DNA from: Candidatus Gilichinskyi gelida
Lineage (GTDB): Bacteria; Acidobacteriota; Thermoanaerobaculia; Gp7-AA8
DNA length: 64,000 nt
NCBI GenBank assembly: GCA_038040385.1
Contig: JBBPII010000019.1
Location: 32,886 to 96,885 of the forward strand
Direction: 5' to 3'
In this document: in pieces, positions 37,393 to 46,332 of the stretch
How the letters are laid out: each line of letters begins with the position of its first letter
How positions within the stretch are numbered: position 1 is the first letter of the stretch
The notes under the pieces: generated by a model
What the model was told of the DNA's origin: nothing
Database searches by the model: none
Seen by the model: the letters and a program-made list of their open reading frames with translations, nothing else
Made by a program: the position numbers and the translations under genes

Positions 37393-37581
37393 ATGCGTCG
37401 CTTTTTCAATGGTTTACTCGTTCTCTCTTTCGTTCTTTCACTGACTGCCGCTCCCGCGTACGCCGCCCAGCGCCGCGACGACGGGGATGGCTATCTCAGC
37501 CCGATCAAGAAGATCGAAAAGATCATCAAGAAGATCATCAAGAAGATCCCGCTTGATGATCTTTCATGGCCGAGGCCGTAA
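37393..37581 (+). CDS. Small secreted peptide (signal peptide, Lys/Ile amphipathic helix, DDLSWPRP tail)
   Basis: SD AGGAGG; MRRFFNGLLVLSFVLSLTAAPAYA with an AxA cleavage site; IKKIEKIIKKIIKKI. Confidence 0.8.
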   Translation: MRRFFNGLLVLSFVLSLTAAPAYAAQRRDDGDGYLSPIKKIEKIIKKIIKKIPLDDLSWPRP

Positions 37582-37593
37582 GCCCGCTCCGGG

Positions 37594-38847
37594 CTACGCA
37601 GTCGATTGGGTCGTGAGGGTTTCTTGGAGAGACTCCAGAAAGGCATGAACCGTTCGGACGTGAATAGCCAGTTCGGGTCCACCGTCTCGAAGATTCTCTT
37701 CAAGGCGTTCGAGCGCAGTGACGGCCGCCTTAGACAGCCCGGCGGCCGCCACTTCGCCGGCGATGTGATGCGCAAGATCGCGAGCAGCGACGGTGTCGCC
37801 GCGCTGAACGAGGCTCTCGACGATTTCGAGGCCACAGAGCGACGCATCCTCGACCATGTCAGCGGCGATGAATGCCTGTCGTGCGCTTCGAAGGTACGCC
37901 ATTCCGGCGCTGATCTGCCCTTTTGCAACCAACACGCGACCGGCCCCGCGCTCGGCGCGTGTCGCCTCGAGCGGGTGACCAATGTCATTGAAGAGCGCGA
38001 TGCTGTTCGAGAAATGAATGTTCGCGGTTCGAAAGTCACCGAAATGAGTCGCGCAATATCCGAGGTTGCTTTCGATCCTTGCGCCGGACTCGGTATCTTG
38101 GCTGTCGCGCGCGACGTCGCGAAGCTCCTTGTAGAGCTGCTCTGCCTCGTCGTATCGATTGTCGTTGTAGAGGAAATTGGCCTCGATCATTCCGGCTCTG
38201 AGAAGCATCTTCGAGTCGCCGTGCTCCTCAAAGATCTGCCTGCAATTCCGCAAAAGTTCTTTCGCCTCATCGTTTCGGTCGATCTTGTGAAGGATCATCG
38301 CCTTAGAGAGGTGAATGACAGCACGATCGAAGGTTGCCGCCGCGAAGTCTTTCAGGCGTTGCTCCGCACTTTCGATGGATTTCAAGGCATCTTCAAATCG
38401 GGACAGATAGCGAAGCGCGTGTGCCCGCTCTTTCCACGCCGTGGCGCGGAGCTGCGCGAGAACTATCGCCGGGTACGTCGTCGCCGGAAGCGCCTCGGCG
38501 ATCGAAGTCGCCACGTTCGCCAGCGTCAGCGCGTCGGCCGGCGTCCGCTCAGCGCGGTTCCGGATCTCCTCGATCAACTGCTCCACCGCGGCGCTGCTCC
38601 GCAATTCGGGCGACGCGGCGAGCGAGCTCCAGTCGGCTGGTGGGGTGGTTCGGAGCAGCCGCGCCACGACGTCCTGGACGCCTTCGCGCTCCCGCTCGAG
38701 GCGCCGCGCGGTCTCCAGGAACTCGCGCATCCGCTCCGGCTGGCGGGGGCGGTCCGCTTCGAGATTGACCGCGTTGTCGGCGGTGAACCGGTCGCGGCAG
38801 GTGCGGCATGACGCGATGTGCAGCAGGTCTTCCGAGTGCTCGGTCAT
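37594..38847 (-). CDS. Zinc anti-sigma-like (HxxxCxxC) plus TPR-like repeat protein
   Basis: MTEHSEDLLHIASCRTC followed by repeated helical TPR-like units; ATGA overlap with the sigma stop; no TM segment. Confidence 0.82.
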   Translation of the reverse strand: MTEHSEDLLHIASCRTCRDRFTADNAVNLEADRPRQPERMREFLETARRLEREREGVQDVVARLLRTTPPADWSSLAASPELRSSAAVEQLIEEIRNRAERTPADALTLANVATSIAEALPATTYPAIVLAQLRATAWKERAHALRYLSRFEDALKSIESAEQRLKDFAAATFDRAVIHLSKAMILHKIDRNDEAKELLRNCRQIFEEHGDSKMLLRAGMIEANFLYNDNRYDEAEQLYKELRDVARDSQDTESGARIESNLGYCATHFGDFRTANIHFSNSIALFNDIGHPLEATRAERGAGRVLVAKGQISAGMAYLRSARQAFIAADMVEDASLCGLEIVESLVQRGDTVAARDLAHHIAGEVAAAGLSKAAVTALERLEENLRDGGPELAIHVRTVHAFLESLQETLTTQSTA

Positions 38848-39374
38848 CGCTTTCCTTTCCTGCGGTAGTTCCGCTCGGCGCGCCGGAGGACCTTGGTCAG
38901 CAGCTTCTGCGCGTACTTCGATTTCACGCCGAGCCGCTGGCCGATCTCGATGATGCTGCATCCTTCGAAGTAACGCATCTTGAGGATCTCCTGGTCGCGC
39001 GGCATGAGACCCTCCAGCGCCTCGCGCGCGGCGAGCTGGTCGGGAAGGCTGTCGAGAATGCGCGTGGTGGCGGGGTCGGGGCGCTCGAAGGCCTGATCGT
39101 CGTCGAGCGGCTCCACCATCCGCCCGTTCTGCCGCCAGTAGTAGCGGCTGGCGTTGCAAATGGCGCCGAGCATCCACGAATGGATATTCAGCACTTCGTG
39201 CGACCTTCGCAGGTAGCTGAGAAAGACCTCGTGCGCCAGCGCCTCGGCGTCGCACTCCGGGACGCGGAACTTTCGCGCCGCGACGGCGACCAGAAAATCG
39301 AAGTGCTCCGCATACAGCTCCTCGAAGAACTGATCATCGCGCTCGGGAAGCGCCGCTTCACTCACAGCAGTCAT
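38844..39374 (-). CDS. ECF sigma-70 family factor
   Basis: DAEALAHEVF...SWMLGAICN (region 2) and ILKMRYFEGCSIIEIGQRLG (region 4). Confidence 0.9.
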   Translation of the reverse strand: MTAVSEAALPERDDQFFEELYAEHFDFLVAVAARKFRVPECDAEALAHEVFLSYLRRSHEVLNIHSWMLGAICNASRYYWRQNGRMVEPLDDDQAFERPDPATTRILDSLPDQLAAREALEGLMPRDQEILKMRYFEGCSIIEIGQRLGVKSKYAQKLLTKVLRRAERNYRRKGKR

Positions 39375-39490
39375 GGCGGGAATTGTTGCGAAACGTTAGC
39401 ACGAATGGGGAGGGATAGATGGAAATTCGTGCAACACCCTTGCAGTAAGGGCGGGGAGAAGGCAACCGTGAGACACCGATAAGTGATTTC

Positions 39491-39970
39491 ATGCGAATCG
39501 TTTACGTACTCCTAGTGTATCAGCCCGGAAGCCGCACCGACATTCGCTGGCGCAGGAGCTCAGCGCGGCCGTGGATAGGAATTCGCCGAGGACGCTCCAT
39601 CGGCGATCGCCGGCACCGTCTGCGCATCGTCGGCCTCCGGCGCAGCACCGCGTCGGGGGACGACCGCGTCGAGCGCATTCTTCACGCCTACACGCGCTCC
39701 GCTCGACTCCGCGGCGCGCGGCCGTCGAACGTCGTCGCGCTGCCAGCGGGGCGTTCATCGGCGACCGGCGATTTCCTCCGCTACCAGGTGCTCGTCCGCG
39801 TGTTCGACGGCGACGCCGATCGCTGGCTCGACCATCTCCGCGCCCAGGGCGACTTCGCCGACGAGGACATCCGCTTCGTGCGCTGGATCCGCGGGCGGCT
39901 GCGCCGCGATCCGGAGCTGATGGACGACATCCGCCGGATGGTGGAGCGAACGCCGCTGTGGCGCGCGTGA
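39491..39970 (+). CDS. Hypothetical protein
   Basis: The only long ORF between the sigma gene and trmB with a protein-like C-terminal half; start uncertain. Confidence 0.5.
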   Translation: MRIVYVLLVYQPGSRTDIRWRRSSARPWIGIRRGRSIGDRRHRLRIVGLRRSTASGDDRVERILHAYTRSARLRGARPSNVVALPAGRSSATGDFLRYQVLVRVFDGDADRWLDHLRAQGDFADEDIRFVRWIRGRLRRDPELMDDIRRMVERTPLWRA

Positions 39971-39989
39971 CGCCCTATCATTCGCCTCC

Positions 39990-40598
39990 GTGACCGAGGA
40001 ACAACTGGTCGTCAATCCCCGCGACAGGGGCCTGGTCCGTCTCGACCTGGCGCATCTCTTCGGCAACACGAATCGCGTCGTCCTGGAGATCGGATCGGGC
40101 AAGGGCCGCTTTCTGATCTCCTCGGCCATCGAGCAGCCGGACGTCAACTTCATCGGCATCGAGAAATCACTCCACTACCATCGCGTGATCCGCGATCGGG
40201 TGCTCAAACGCGGACTGCCCAACGTCCGGCTCATCAACTTCGACGCCTTCGTCGTCCTGCGCGACATGGTCCCCGACGCGTCGCTCAGCGAGATCCACAT
40301 CTACTTTCCCGACCCCTGGCCGCGGAAGCGCGAGCAAAAACGGCGCATCATCCGCGCCGAGGCGCTGGCGGAGATGCGGCGCGCGCTCGTGCCGGGGGGC
40401 AGTGGGATCTACGTCACCGACCATCGCGAATACTTCGAGATCGCCGCGCCGCTGATCGCCGAGCTCTTTCGCGCGGAGAGCCGCATTCCGGGACCCGACG
40501 ATCCGCCGCGGACGAACTATGAGGCGAAGTATCGGGAGGAGGGGCGGGAGATTTATGAGGTGCGGTTCTGGAAGGATGAAGCTTCTCCGACACGCTAG
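39990..40598 (+). CDS. trmB: tRNA (guanine-N7)-methyltransferase
   Basis: EIGSGKG, FPDPWP, TD and TNYE motifs. Confidence 0.95.
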   Translation: MTEEQLVVNPRDRGLVRLDLAHLFGNTNRVVLEIGSGKGRFLISSAIEQPDVNFIGIEKSLHYHRVIRDRVLKRGLPNVRLINFDAFVVLRDMVPDASLSEIHIYFPDPWPRKREQKRRIIRAEALAEMRRALVPGGSGIYVTDHREYFEIAAPLIAELFRAESRIPGPDDPPRTNYEAKYREEGREIYEVRFWKDEASPTR

Positions 40599-40607
40599 AA
40601 TCGTTCG

Positions 40608-41108
40608 GTGCGCATCCTGGGCGTCGATCCCGGCTCCATCACCACCGGCTTCGGAGTGATCGACTGCGAGCGCGGCCGGCTGACGCTGGTGGAGCAGGGG
40701 TCGATCACCACGGCGCGCGGCGCGGAGCTGGCCGATCGCCTCTGCCGCATTCACGAACAGTTGTCGGCGGTGATCGCGCGCAATGCTCCCGAGGCGGTGG
40801 CGGTCGAAGCGCCGTTCGGCGGGGCGAACGTCAAGAGCCTGATCCAGCTCGCGCACGCGCGCGGAGTCATCCTGCTGGCGGCGCGTAGCGCGCGGCTGGA
40901 GGTCTTCGAATACTCGCCGCGGTCGGTCAAGAGTGCGGTGGTCGGTTTCGGCGGGGCGGAGAAGGAGCAGGTGGCGAAGATGGTGCGGATGCTCATCCCC
41001 GCGCTGGCCCACCTGGTGATGTCCGCCGACGCCGCCGATGCGCTGGCCGTTGCCATCTGCCACGCGCACACCGCGTCGACCGCAGCGAGGCTGAAGATCG
41101 CCCGATGA
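40608..41108 (+). CDS. ruvC: Holliday junction resolvase
   Basis: ILGVDPG, VE, GGAEKEQV and DAADALAVA. Confidence 0.96.
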   Translation: MRILGVDPGSITTGFGVIDCERGRLTLVEQGSITTARGAELADRLCRIHEQLSAVIARNAPEAVAVEAPFGGANVKSLIQLAHARGVILLAARSARLEVFEYSPRSVKSAVVGFGGAEKEQVAKMVRMLIPALAHLVMSADAADALAVAICHAHTASTAARLKIAR

Positions 41109-42370
41109 GCGATTCGGCGATCGAGACCGACGCGCTGCCGCGCACGCGCCTCGGCCGCACTTTCAGCGCGCTCCGCTACCGCGACTACCGGCTGGTGTGG
41201 TTCGGCGCCTTCATGTCCACCACCGGGACGTGGATGCAGACGGTGGCGCAGGCCTGGGTGGTCTACTCCTTCACCGGCTCGGCGCTGCTGCTCGGCTTCG
41301 ATGCCTTTCTCAGCACCGGCCCGATGCTGCTCTTCTCGCTCTTCGGCGGCGTCATCGCCGATCGGATGGAGCGGCGCAAGATCATGCTCGCCTCGCAGTA
41401 CCTGCAGATGACCTTCGCCCTCGTCCTGGCGTTTCTGCTGTGGACGCAGACGGTGAAGATCTGGCACATCTTCCTGTTGTCGTTCCTCACCGGCAGCGCC
41501 CAGTCGTTCAGCGGGCCGGCGTACGCATCGCTGCTGCCGCTCTTGGTCAAGCGGGAGGACGTGCCGAACGCCATCGCCATGAACTCCATGCAGTTCAACC
41601 TGGCGCGCGTCATCGGCCCGGTCCTCGGCGGGCTGGCGCTCACCGCCTGGGGAGCCGCGGCGTGCTTCGCCCTCAACGCGCTGTCGTTCGTCGCGGTGAT
41701 CATCGCCTACCTCATCATCCGCACGCCGATCATCCGCGGCCGCGGCGAGACGAAGGGGCTGATGGAGGAGATGCGCGAAGGATTCAGGTTCGTCATCAGC
41801 CGTCGCGCGCTGCTGCTTCTGACGTTCCTCTCCTTCGCCGGGACGTTCCTCGGCATGCCGATCATCACCTTCCTGCCGGTGGTGGCGAAGGTGATCTTCG
41901 CCGCCGGCCCGAAGGCGTACACCTACTTGCTCAGCGCGTACGGCGTCGGCTCGGTGTGCGGGGCGCTGTTCGTTGCGGCGAGCGGACACGTGCCGAAGAA
42001 GGGGCGGCTCGCGCTGATGCTGCAACTGGCCTTCGCCACGCTGCTCGTCGCTTTCGCCCTTTCGCGTGTTTTTCCGATCAGCCTGTTGATCGCCTTCGGC
42101 GCCGGCGCGTGCATCGTCGGCGTGATCTCGCTCTACAGCTCGCTGGTGCAACTGGCGAGCACCGACGCTATGCGCGGGCGGGTGATGTCGATCTTCATGC
42201 TCGCGTTCCGCGGCGGCATGCCGCTCGGCAACCTGCTGGCGGGATACGTCGCGCAGCGGTGGTCGATCACCGCAGCGCTGCTGATGAACGGAGTCATTCT
42301 TGCCGCCGTAGCGTTGACGTTCATCATGCGGCGCACGGACCTCGACGCGCACATCGCGCCGGCCACCTGA
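41105..42370 (+). CDS. MFS transporter
   Basis: About 12 TM helices; GGVIADRMERRK; FNLARVIGP. Confidence 0.92.
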   Translation: MSDSAIETDALPRTRLGRTFSALRYRDYRLVWFGAFMSTTGTWMQTVAQAWVVYSFTGSALLLGFDAFLSTGPMLLFSLFGGVIADRMERRKIMLASQYLQMTFALVLAFLLWTQTVKIWHIFLLSFLTGSAQSFSGPAYASLLPLLVKREDVPNAIAMNSMQFNLARVIGPVLGGLALTAWGAAACFALNALSFVAVIIAYLIIRTPIIRGRGETKGLMEEMREGFRFVISRRALLLLTFLSFAGTFLGMPIITFLPVVAKVIFAAGPKAYTYLLSAYGVGSVCGALFVAASGHVPKKGRLALMLQLAFATLLVAFALSRVFPISLLIAFGAGACIVGVISLYSSLVQLASTDAMRGRVMSIFMLAFRGGMPLGNLLAGYVAQRWSITAALLMNGVILAAVALTFIMRRTDLDAHIAPAT

Positions 42371-42411
42371 GCCCCACCGCACGCTTTTTGCTTTAGAATC
42401 CGACGCCCGCC

Positions 42412-43458
42412 ATGGCGAAGCAGAAGGCGGAAGCCACCGCCACCCTCGAGCAGTCCGCCGCGTGCGCCCCCGAGTGGACTGAGATCCTCCGGCAGATGAT
42501 CTTCATCCGCCGGTTCGAAGAGGCCACCGAGCGCGAGTTCCGCCGCGGCAAGATCGGCGGGTACCTGCACGTCTACAGCGGGCAGGAAGCGGTGGCCAGC
42601 GGCATCATCAGCGCCCTGCAGAAGGACGATATCGTCTTCTCCGGCTATCGCGATCACGCCCACGCGCTGGCCCTCGGATCGGAACCCGGGCGAGTCATGG
42701 CCGAGTTGTTCGGCAAAGGGACCGGAATCGCCAAAGGCAAGGGCGGCTCGATGCATCTGTTCGACGTCGCCCACGGCTTCTACGGCGGCTACGGCATCGT
42801 CGGCGGCCACCTCACCCTCGCCACCGGCGCGGCGTACGCGCTGCGATATCGCCAGACCGAGCGCATCGCCGTCTGCTACTTCGGCGACGGCGCCATGAAC
42901 ATCGGCTCGTTCCACGAGGCGATGAACATGGCGGGGCTGTGGGGCAAGGAGGGGATGTGCCCCATCCTCTTCATCATCGAGAACAACGGCTACGCGATGG
43001 GCACCTCGGTCGAGCGGCATTCGGCGCTGACCGATCTCTCCGCGCGCATCCGCGCCTACAACATTCAGGCGGAGAAGGTCGACGGCCAGGACGTCTTCGC
43101 CGTCCGCGGCGTGGCCGACCGCGTGGTGCGTCAGGTGCGCGAGACCGGCACGCCGTACTGCATCGAGGCCATCACGTACCGCTTCTCCGGCCACGGCGCG
43201 GCCGACGTCAAGCAGCCGTACCGAACGAAGGAAGAGGTCGAGGAGCACAAACACCGCGATCCGATCCTCATCCTGCGCAATCGCCTCGCGGAGATCTGCG
43301 GCCTGACCGACGACGACGTGCAGCGGATGGACAAAGAGGCGGGCGAGCAGGTGGCCAAGGCGCTGCAGTTCGCCGAAGAAAGCGAGGTCCCCGAGCCGGC
43401 CGAGCTGTGGAACGATGTGGTCGCGGAGAACGGACCGTCGCCGGAGAATCATGGCTGA
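42412..43458 (+). CDS. pdhA: Pyruvate dehydrogenase E1 alpha subunit
   Basis: GKIGGYLH, GKGGSMH, GDGA...ENN and TYRFSGH. Confidence 0.93.
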   Translation: MAKQKAEATATLEQSAACAPEWTEILRQMIFIRRFEEATEREFRRGKIGGYLHVYSGQEAVASGIISALQKDDIVFSGYRDHAHALALGSEPGRVMAELFGKGTGIAKGKGGSMHLFDVAHGFYGGYGIVGGHLTLATGAAYALRYRQTERIAVCYFGDGAMNIGSFHEAMNMAGLWGKEGMCPILFIIENNGYAMGTSVERHSALTDLSARIRAYNIQAEKVDGQDVFAVRGVADRVVRQVRETGTPYCIEAITYRFSGHGAADVKQPYRTKEEVEEHKHRDPILILRNRLAEICGLTDDDVQRMDKEAGEQVAKALQFAEESEVPEPAELWNDVVAENGPSPENHG

Positions 43459-44437
43459 GAAGAGCTACCGCGACGCCATCCGCGACGCGATGATGGAAGA
43501 GATGGACCGCGACGCGAACGTCCTCATCATGGGGGAGGACATCGGCGTCTACGAAGGCACCTTTCGCATCACCGCCGGCATGCTGAAGAAATACGGGCCG
43601 AAGCGGGTGATCGACACGCCGATCGCCGAGGCGGGAATGGCGGGAACGGCGGTGGGGATGGCGATGCTCGGCCTGCGGCCGATCGTGGAGATGATGACCA
43701 TGAACTTCGCCATCGTCGCCGCGGACCAGATCATCAATCACGCGGCGAAGGTGCGCTACTTCTCCGGCGGGCAGGTCGACGTGCCGATGGTCATCCGCGG
43801 GCCGCAGGGCGCGGGCGTGCAGCTCTCTGCACAGCACTCCCAAACGTTCGAGTCGTTCTACGCGCACTTCCCCGGGCTGGCCGTGGTCGCCCCGGCGACG
43901 CCGGCCGACGCGAAGGGGATGCTGAAGACCGCGGTGCGTGGGCGCGATCCGGTGATCTTCCTCGAGAGCGCCAACCTGTACGGCATGAAAGGCGAAGTCC
44001 CGGACGATCCCGATTTCACCGTGCCGTTCGGCGTTTCGTGCATCGCGCGCCAAGGGCGCGACGTCACCATCGTCTCGTACTCGCGCATGCTGCAACTGTC
44101 GCTGATCGCCGCGGAGAAGCTCGCCGCCGAGGGCATCGAAGCGGAGGTCATCGATCTCCGCACGCTTCGCCCGCTCGATCTCCAGCCGGCCTACGCCTCG
44201 GTGGCCAAGACGCACCGCTGCGTGGTCGTGCAGGAGCAGTGGAAGCCGTTCGGCGCCGCCGCGGAGATCGCCGCGAGCATTACCGAGAACGTGTTCGACG
44301 AGCTCGACGCGCCCGTCATCCGCGTGACCGGCGAAGACGTTCCGATGCCGTATTCGCGCGCACTCGAATTGCTGGCCACGCCGCGTGAGGAGCATGTGAT
44401 CGCAGCGGTAAAGAAGGTGATGTACGCCAATGGCTGA
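43451..44437 (+). CDS. pdhB: Pyruvate dehydrogenase E1 beta subunit
   Basis: DTPIAE, AQHSQ and IDLRTLRPLD. Confidence 0.93.
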   Translation: MAEKSYRDAIRDAMMEEMDRDANVLIMGEDIGVYEGTFRITAGMLKKYGPKRVIDTPIAEAGMAGTAVGMAMLGLRPIVEMMTMNFAIVAADQIINHAAKVRYFSGGQVDVPMVIRGPQGAGVQLSAQHSQTFESFYAHFPGLAVVAPATPADAKGMLKTAVRGRDPVIFLESANLYGMKGEVPDDPDFTVPFGVSCIARQGRDVTIVSYSRMLQLSLIAAEKLAAEGIEAEVIDLRTLRPLDLQPAYASVAKTHRCVVVQEQWKPFGAAAEIAASITENVFDELDAPVIRVTGEDVPMPYSRALELLATPREEHVIAAVKKVMYANG

Positions 44438-45650
44438 AATCATCATGCCGAAGATGGGCGACGCCATGACCGAGGGGAAGCTCTTGCGTTGGTACAAGAA
44501 GGCCGGCGACACGGTGAAGAAGGGCGAGGCGGTCGCGGAGATCGAGACTGACAAGGTCAACCTCGATCTCGAGGCCGAGGACGACGGCACAATCGGCGAG
44601 CTCGCCGCCGAGGAAGGGCAAATGGTTCCGGTGGGCGGCGTGCTGGCGACGCTGCTCGGTCCGGGCGAAAAGGCCGAGCCCGTGCAGCGGCGCAAGACTG
44701 ACAAGAAGGACAGCATCAAGCACTCCACCGGCGAGTACGGCGAGGCGATGGAGATGAAGGGGCCGCGCGTGGATCGCACGGCCAACGTCGTCCCCATGCC
44801 GCAAGGCGACAGCGGCCGCCAGCGATCGTCGCCGTTGGCGCGCAAGGTGGCGCGCGAGCTCGGCGTCAGCCTCGATCAGGTGCAGGGGAGCGGACCCAAG
44901 GGCCGCATCATCGCCGCCGACGTGAAGAATGTAGGACGGGCTTCAGCCCGTCCCACCCCCGCGATCGCGCTGGAATCCAAATCCATCCCCCTCACCGCGA
45001 TGCGGCGCACCATCGCCAAGCGCCTCGCCGAGTCGATCGGGCCGATTCCGCACTTCTTCCTCACCGTCGACTACGACGTCACGAACCTCCTCGCGTTGCG
45101 CGAGCAGATCAACGAAGTGGAGGGGGTGAAGACCAGCCTCAACGACTACGTGGTCCGCGCAGCGGCGCTCGCGCTGCGCCACCACCCGAACGTCAACGCC
45201 AGCTTCGGCGACGAGGCGATCGCCCAGCATGGCGAGATCCACATCGGCATCGCGGTCTCCACGCCCGAGGGGCTGATCACGCCGGTGGTGCGCAACGCGG
45301 ATCAGAAGTCGATCGTGGAGATCTCGAACGAGGTGCGCGCGCTGGCCGACAAGGCGAAGAATCGAAAGCTGAAGCCCGACGAATACCAGGGCTCGACCTT
45401 CACCATCTCCAACCTCGGCGCGTGGGGGATCGAGGAGTTCACCGCCATCATCAACCCGCCGAACGTGGGCATTCTCGCCGTAGGCGCAGCGATGGCGCAG
45501 GCGGTGGTCGTGGACAAGCAAGTGGTGGTGCGCGATCGCATGAAGATCACCATGTCGTGCGACCACCGCGTCGTCGACGGCGTGGCCGGCGCGGAATATC
45601 TCCGCACCCTTCGGCAATACATCGAGCAACCCGTGCGGCTCATCCTCTGA
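44430..45650 (+). CDS. pdhC: Dihydrolipoamide acetyltransferase (E2)
   Basis: Lipoyl ETDKV, SPLARKVA binding domain, DHRVVDG. Confidence 0.93.
   Translation: MAEIIMPKMGDAMTEGKLLRWYKKAGDTVKKGEAVAEIETDKVNLDLEAEDDGTIGELAAEEGQMVPVGGVLATLLGPGEKAEPVQRRKTDKKDSIKHSTGEYGEAMEMKGPRVDRTANVVPMPQGDSGRQRSSPLARKVARELGVSLDQVQGSGPKGRIIAADVKNVGRASARPTPAIALESKSIPLTAMRRTIAKRLAESIGPIPHFFLTVDYDVTNLLALREQINEVEGVKTSLNDYVVRAAALALRHHPNVNASFGDEAIAQHGEIHIGIAVSTPEGLITPVVRNADQKSIVEISNEVRALADKAKNRKLKPDEYQGSTFTISNLGAWGIEEFTAIINPPNVGILAVGAAMAQAVVVDKQVVVRDRMKITMSCDHRVVDGVAGAEYLRTLRQYIEQPVRLIL
44931..44953 (+). repeat. GTAG-type REP (family D), in frame in the pdhC linker
   Basis: GTAGGACGGGCTTCAGCCCGTCC, encoding VGRASARP; the same arm occurs at 50005. 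Confidence 0.75.
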
Positions 45651-45678
45651 ATCCTGCTACACTAGCCGCGTCCCCGAC

Positions 45679-45831
45679 ATGCCTATCTCCCAGGAGCTTC
45701 TCGGGATCCTCATTGCCATCGCGGTCATCTGGGTTGTTTTGAAGGTGATGAAGGTGGCGATCCGGCTGATTTTCTTCGTGATCGGCCTCCTCCTGGCTGG
45801 CGGGCTCATTTACTACCTTTTCATGAGGTGA
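45679..45831 (+). CDS. 50-aa two-TM small membrane protein (below the ORF-track cutoff)
   Basis: MPISQELLGILIAIAVIWVVLKVMKVAIRLIFFVIGLLLAGGLIYYLFMR; TGcTACACT promoter-like box upstream. Confidence 0.7.
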   Translation: MPISQELLGILIAIAVIWVVLKVMKVAIRLIFFVIGLLLAGGLIYYLFMR

Positions 45832-46307
45832 TTCTGGTGAGCGATGATCGTAAATACAAGCACCGCGGCTATCAGGACGGCGGCGGCTACGGCTCCAAAT
45901 CAACGAGCGGCGGCAACGGCCGTCCGCAGGGACCGCGACCCGACCAACGGCCGCAGCGGCTCGAAGGCGCCCCGCGCGGGCGGACGGCGGGGGGCTTCGG
46001 ACCGGAAGTCTTCAAATGCAACCGCTGCGGCGAGCAGCGCATCAGCCTCGAGCGCCCGACGTTCGACGAGATGTGCGTGAAGTGCGGCGCGGACATCCAC
46101 TCCTGCGGGAACTGCCGCTCCTTCGATACGACGACGATGTGGGAGTGCCGGGAGAACATCCCGGTGCGCGTGGCGAACAAGCACCTGAAAAACGACTGCA
46201 CGTTCTTCCAGCCGAAAGTGGTGAAGGACCTGGCGCACGACAAGGCCCGCCAGCCGCAGACGCCAGACGACGCGCGCAAGGCGTTCGACGCGCTCTTCAA
46301 GAAGTGA
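45828..46307 (+). CDS. Hypothetical multi-CxxC zinc-binding protein
   Basis: CNRC, CVKC, CGNC plus two more Cys; ends in AFDALFKK. Start at 45828 or 45837. Confidence 0.75.
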   Translation: MILVSDDRKYKHRGYQDGGGYGSKSTSGGNGRPQGPRPDQRPQRLEGAPRGRTAGGFGPEVFKCNRCGEQRISLERPTFDEMCVKCGADIHSCGNCRSFDTTTMWECRENIPVRVANKHLKNDCTFFQPKVVKDLAHDKARQPQTPDDARKAFDALFKK

Positions 46308-46332
46308 CGGCGCTCGCGCCGTCATCCTGACG

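Noticed and set aside
37606-38811. 401-aa plus-strand ORF antisense to the TPR gene
   Set aside because: No recognisable motifs. The minus-strand frame has the ZAS motif and is coupled to the sigma gene.
39472-39499. dif-like site GACACCGATAA-GTGATT-TCATGCGAATC
   Set aside because: The left arm looks XerC-like, but the right arm departs from the conserved TTATGT core. Too weak without genome-wide skew data.
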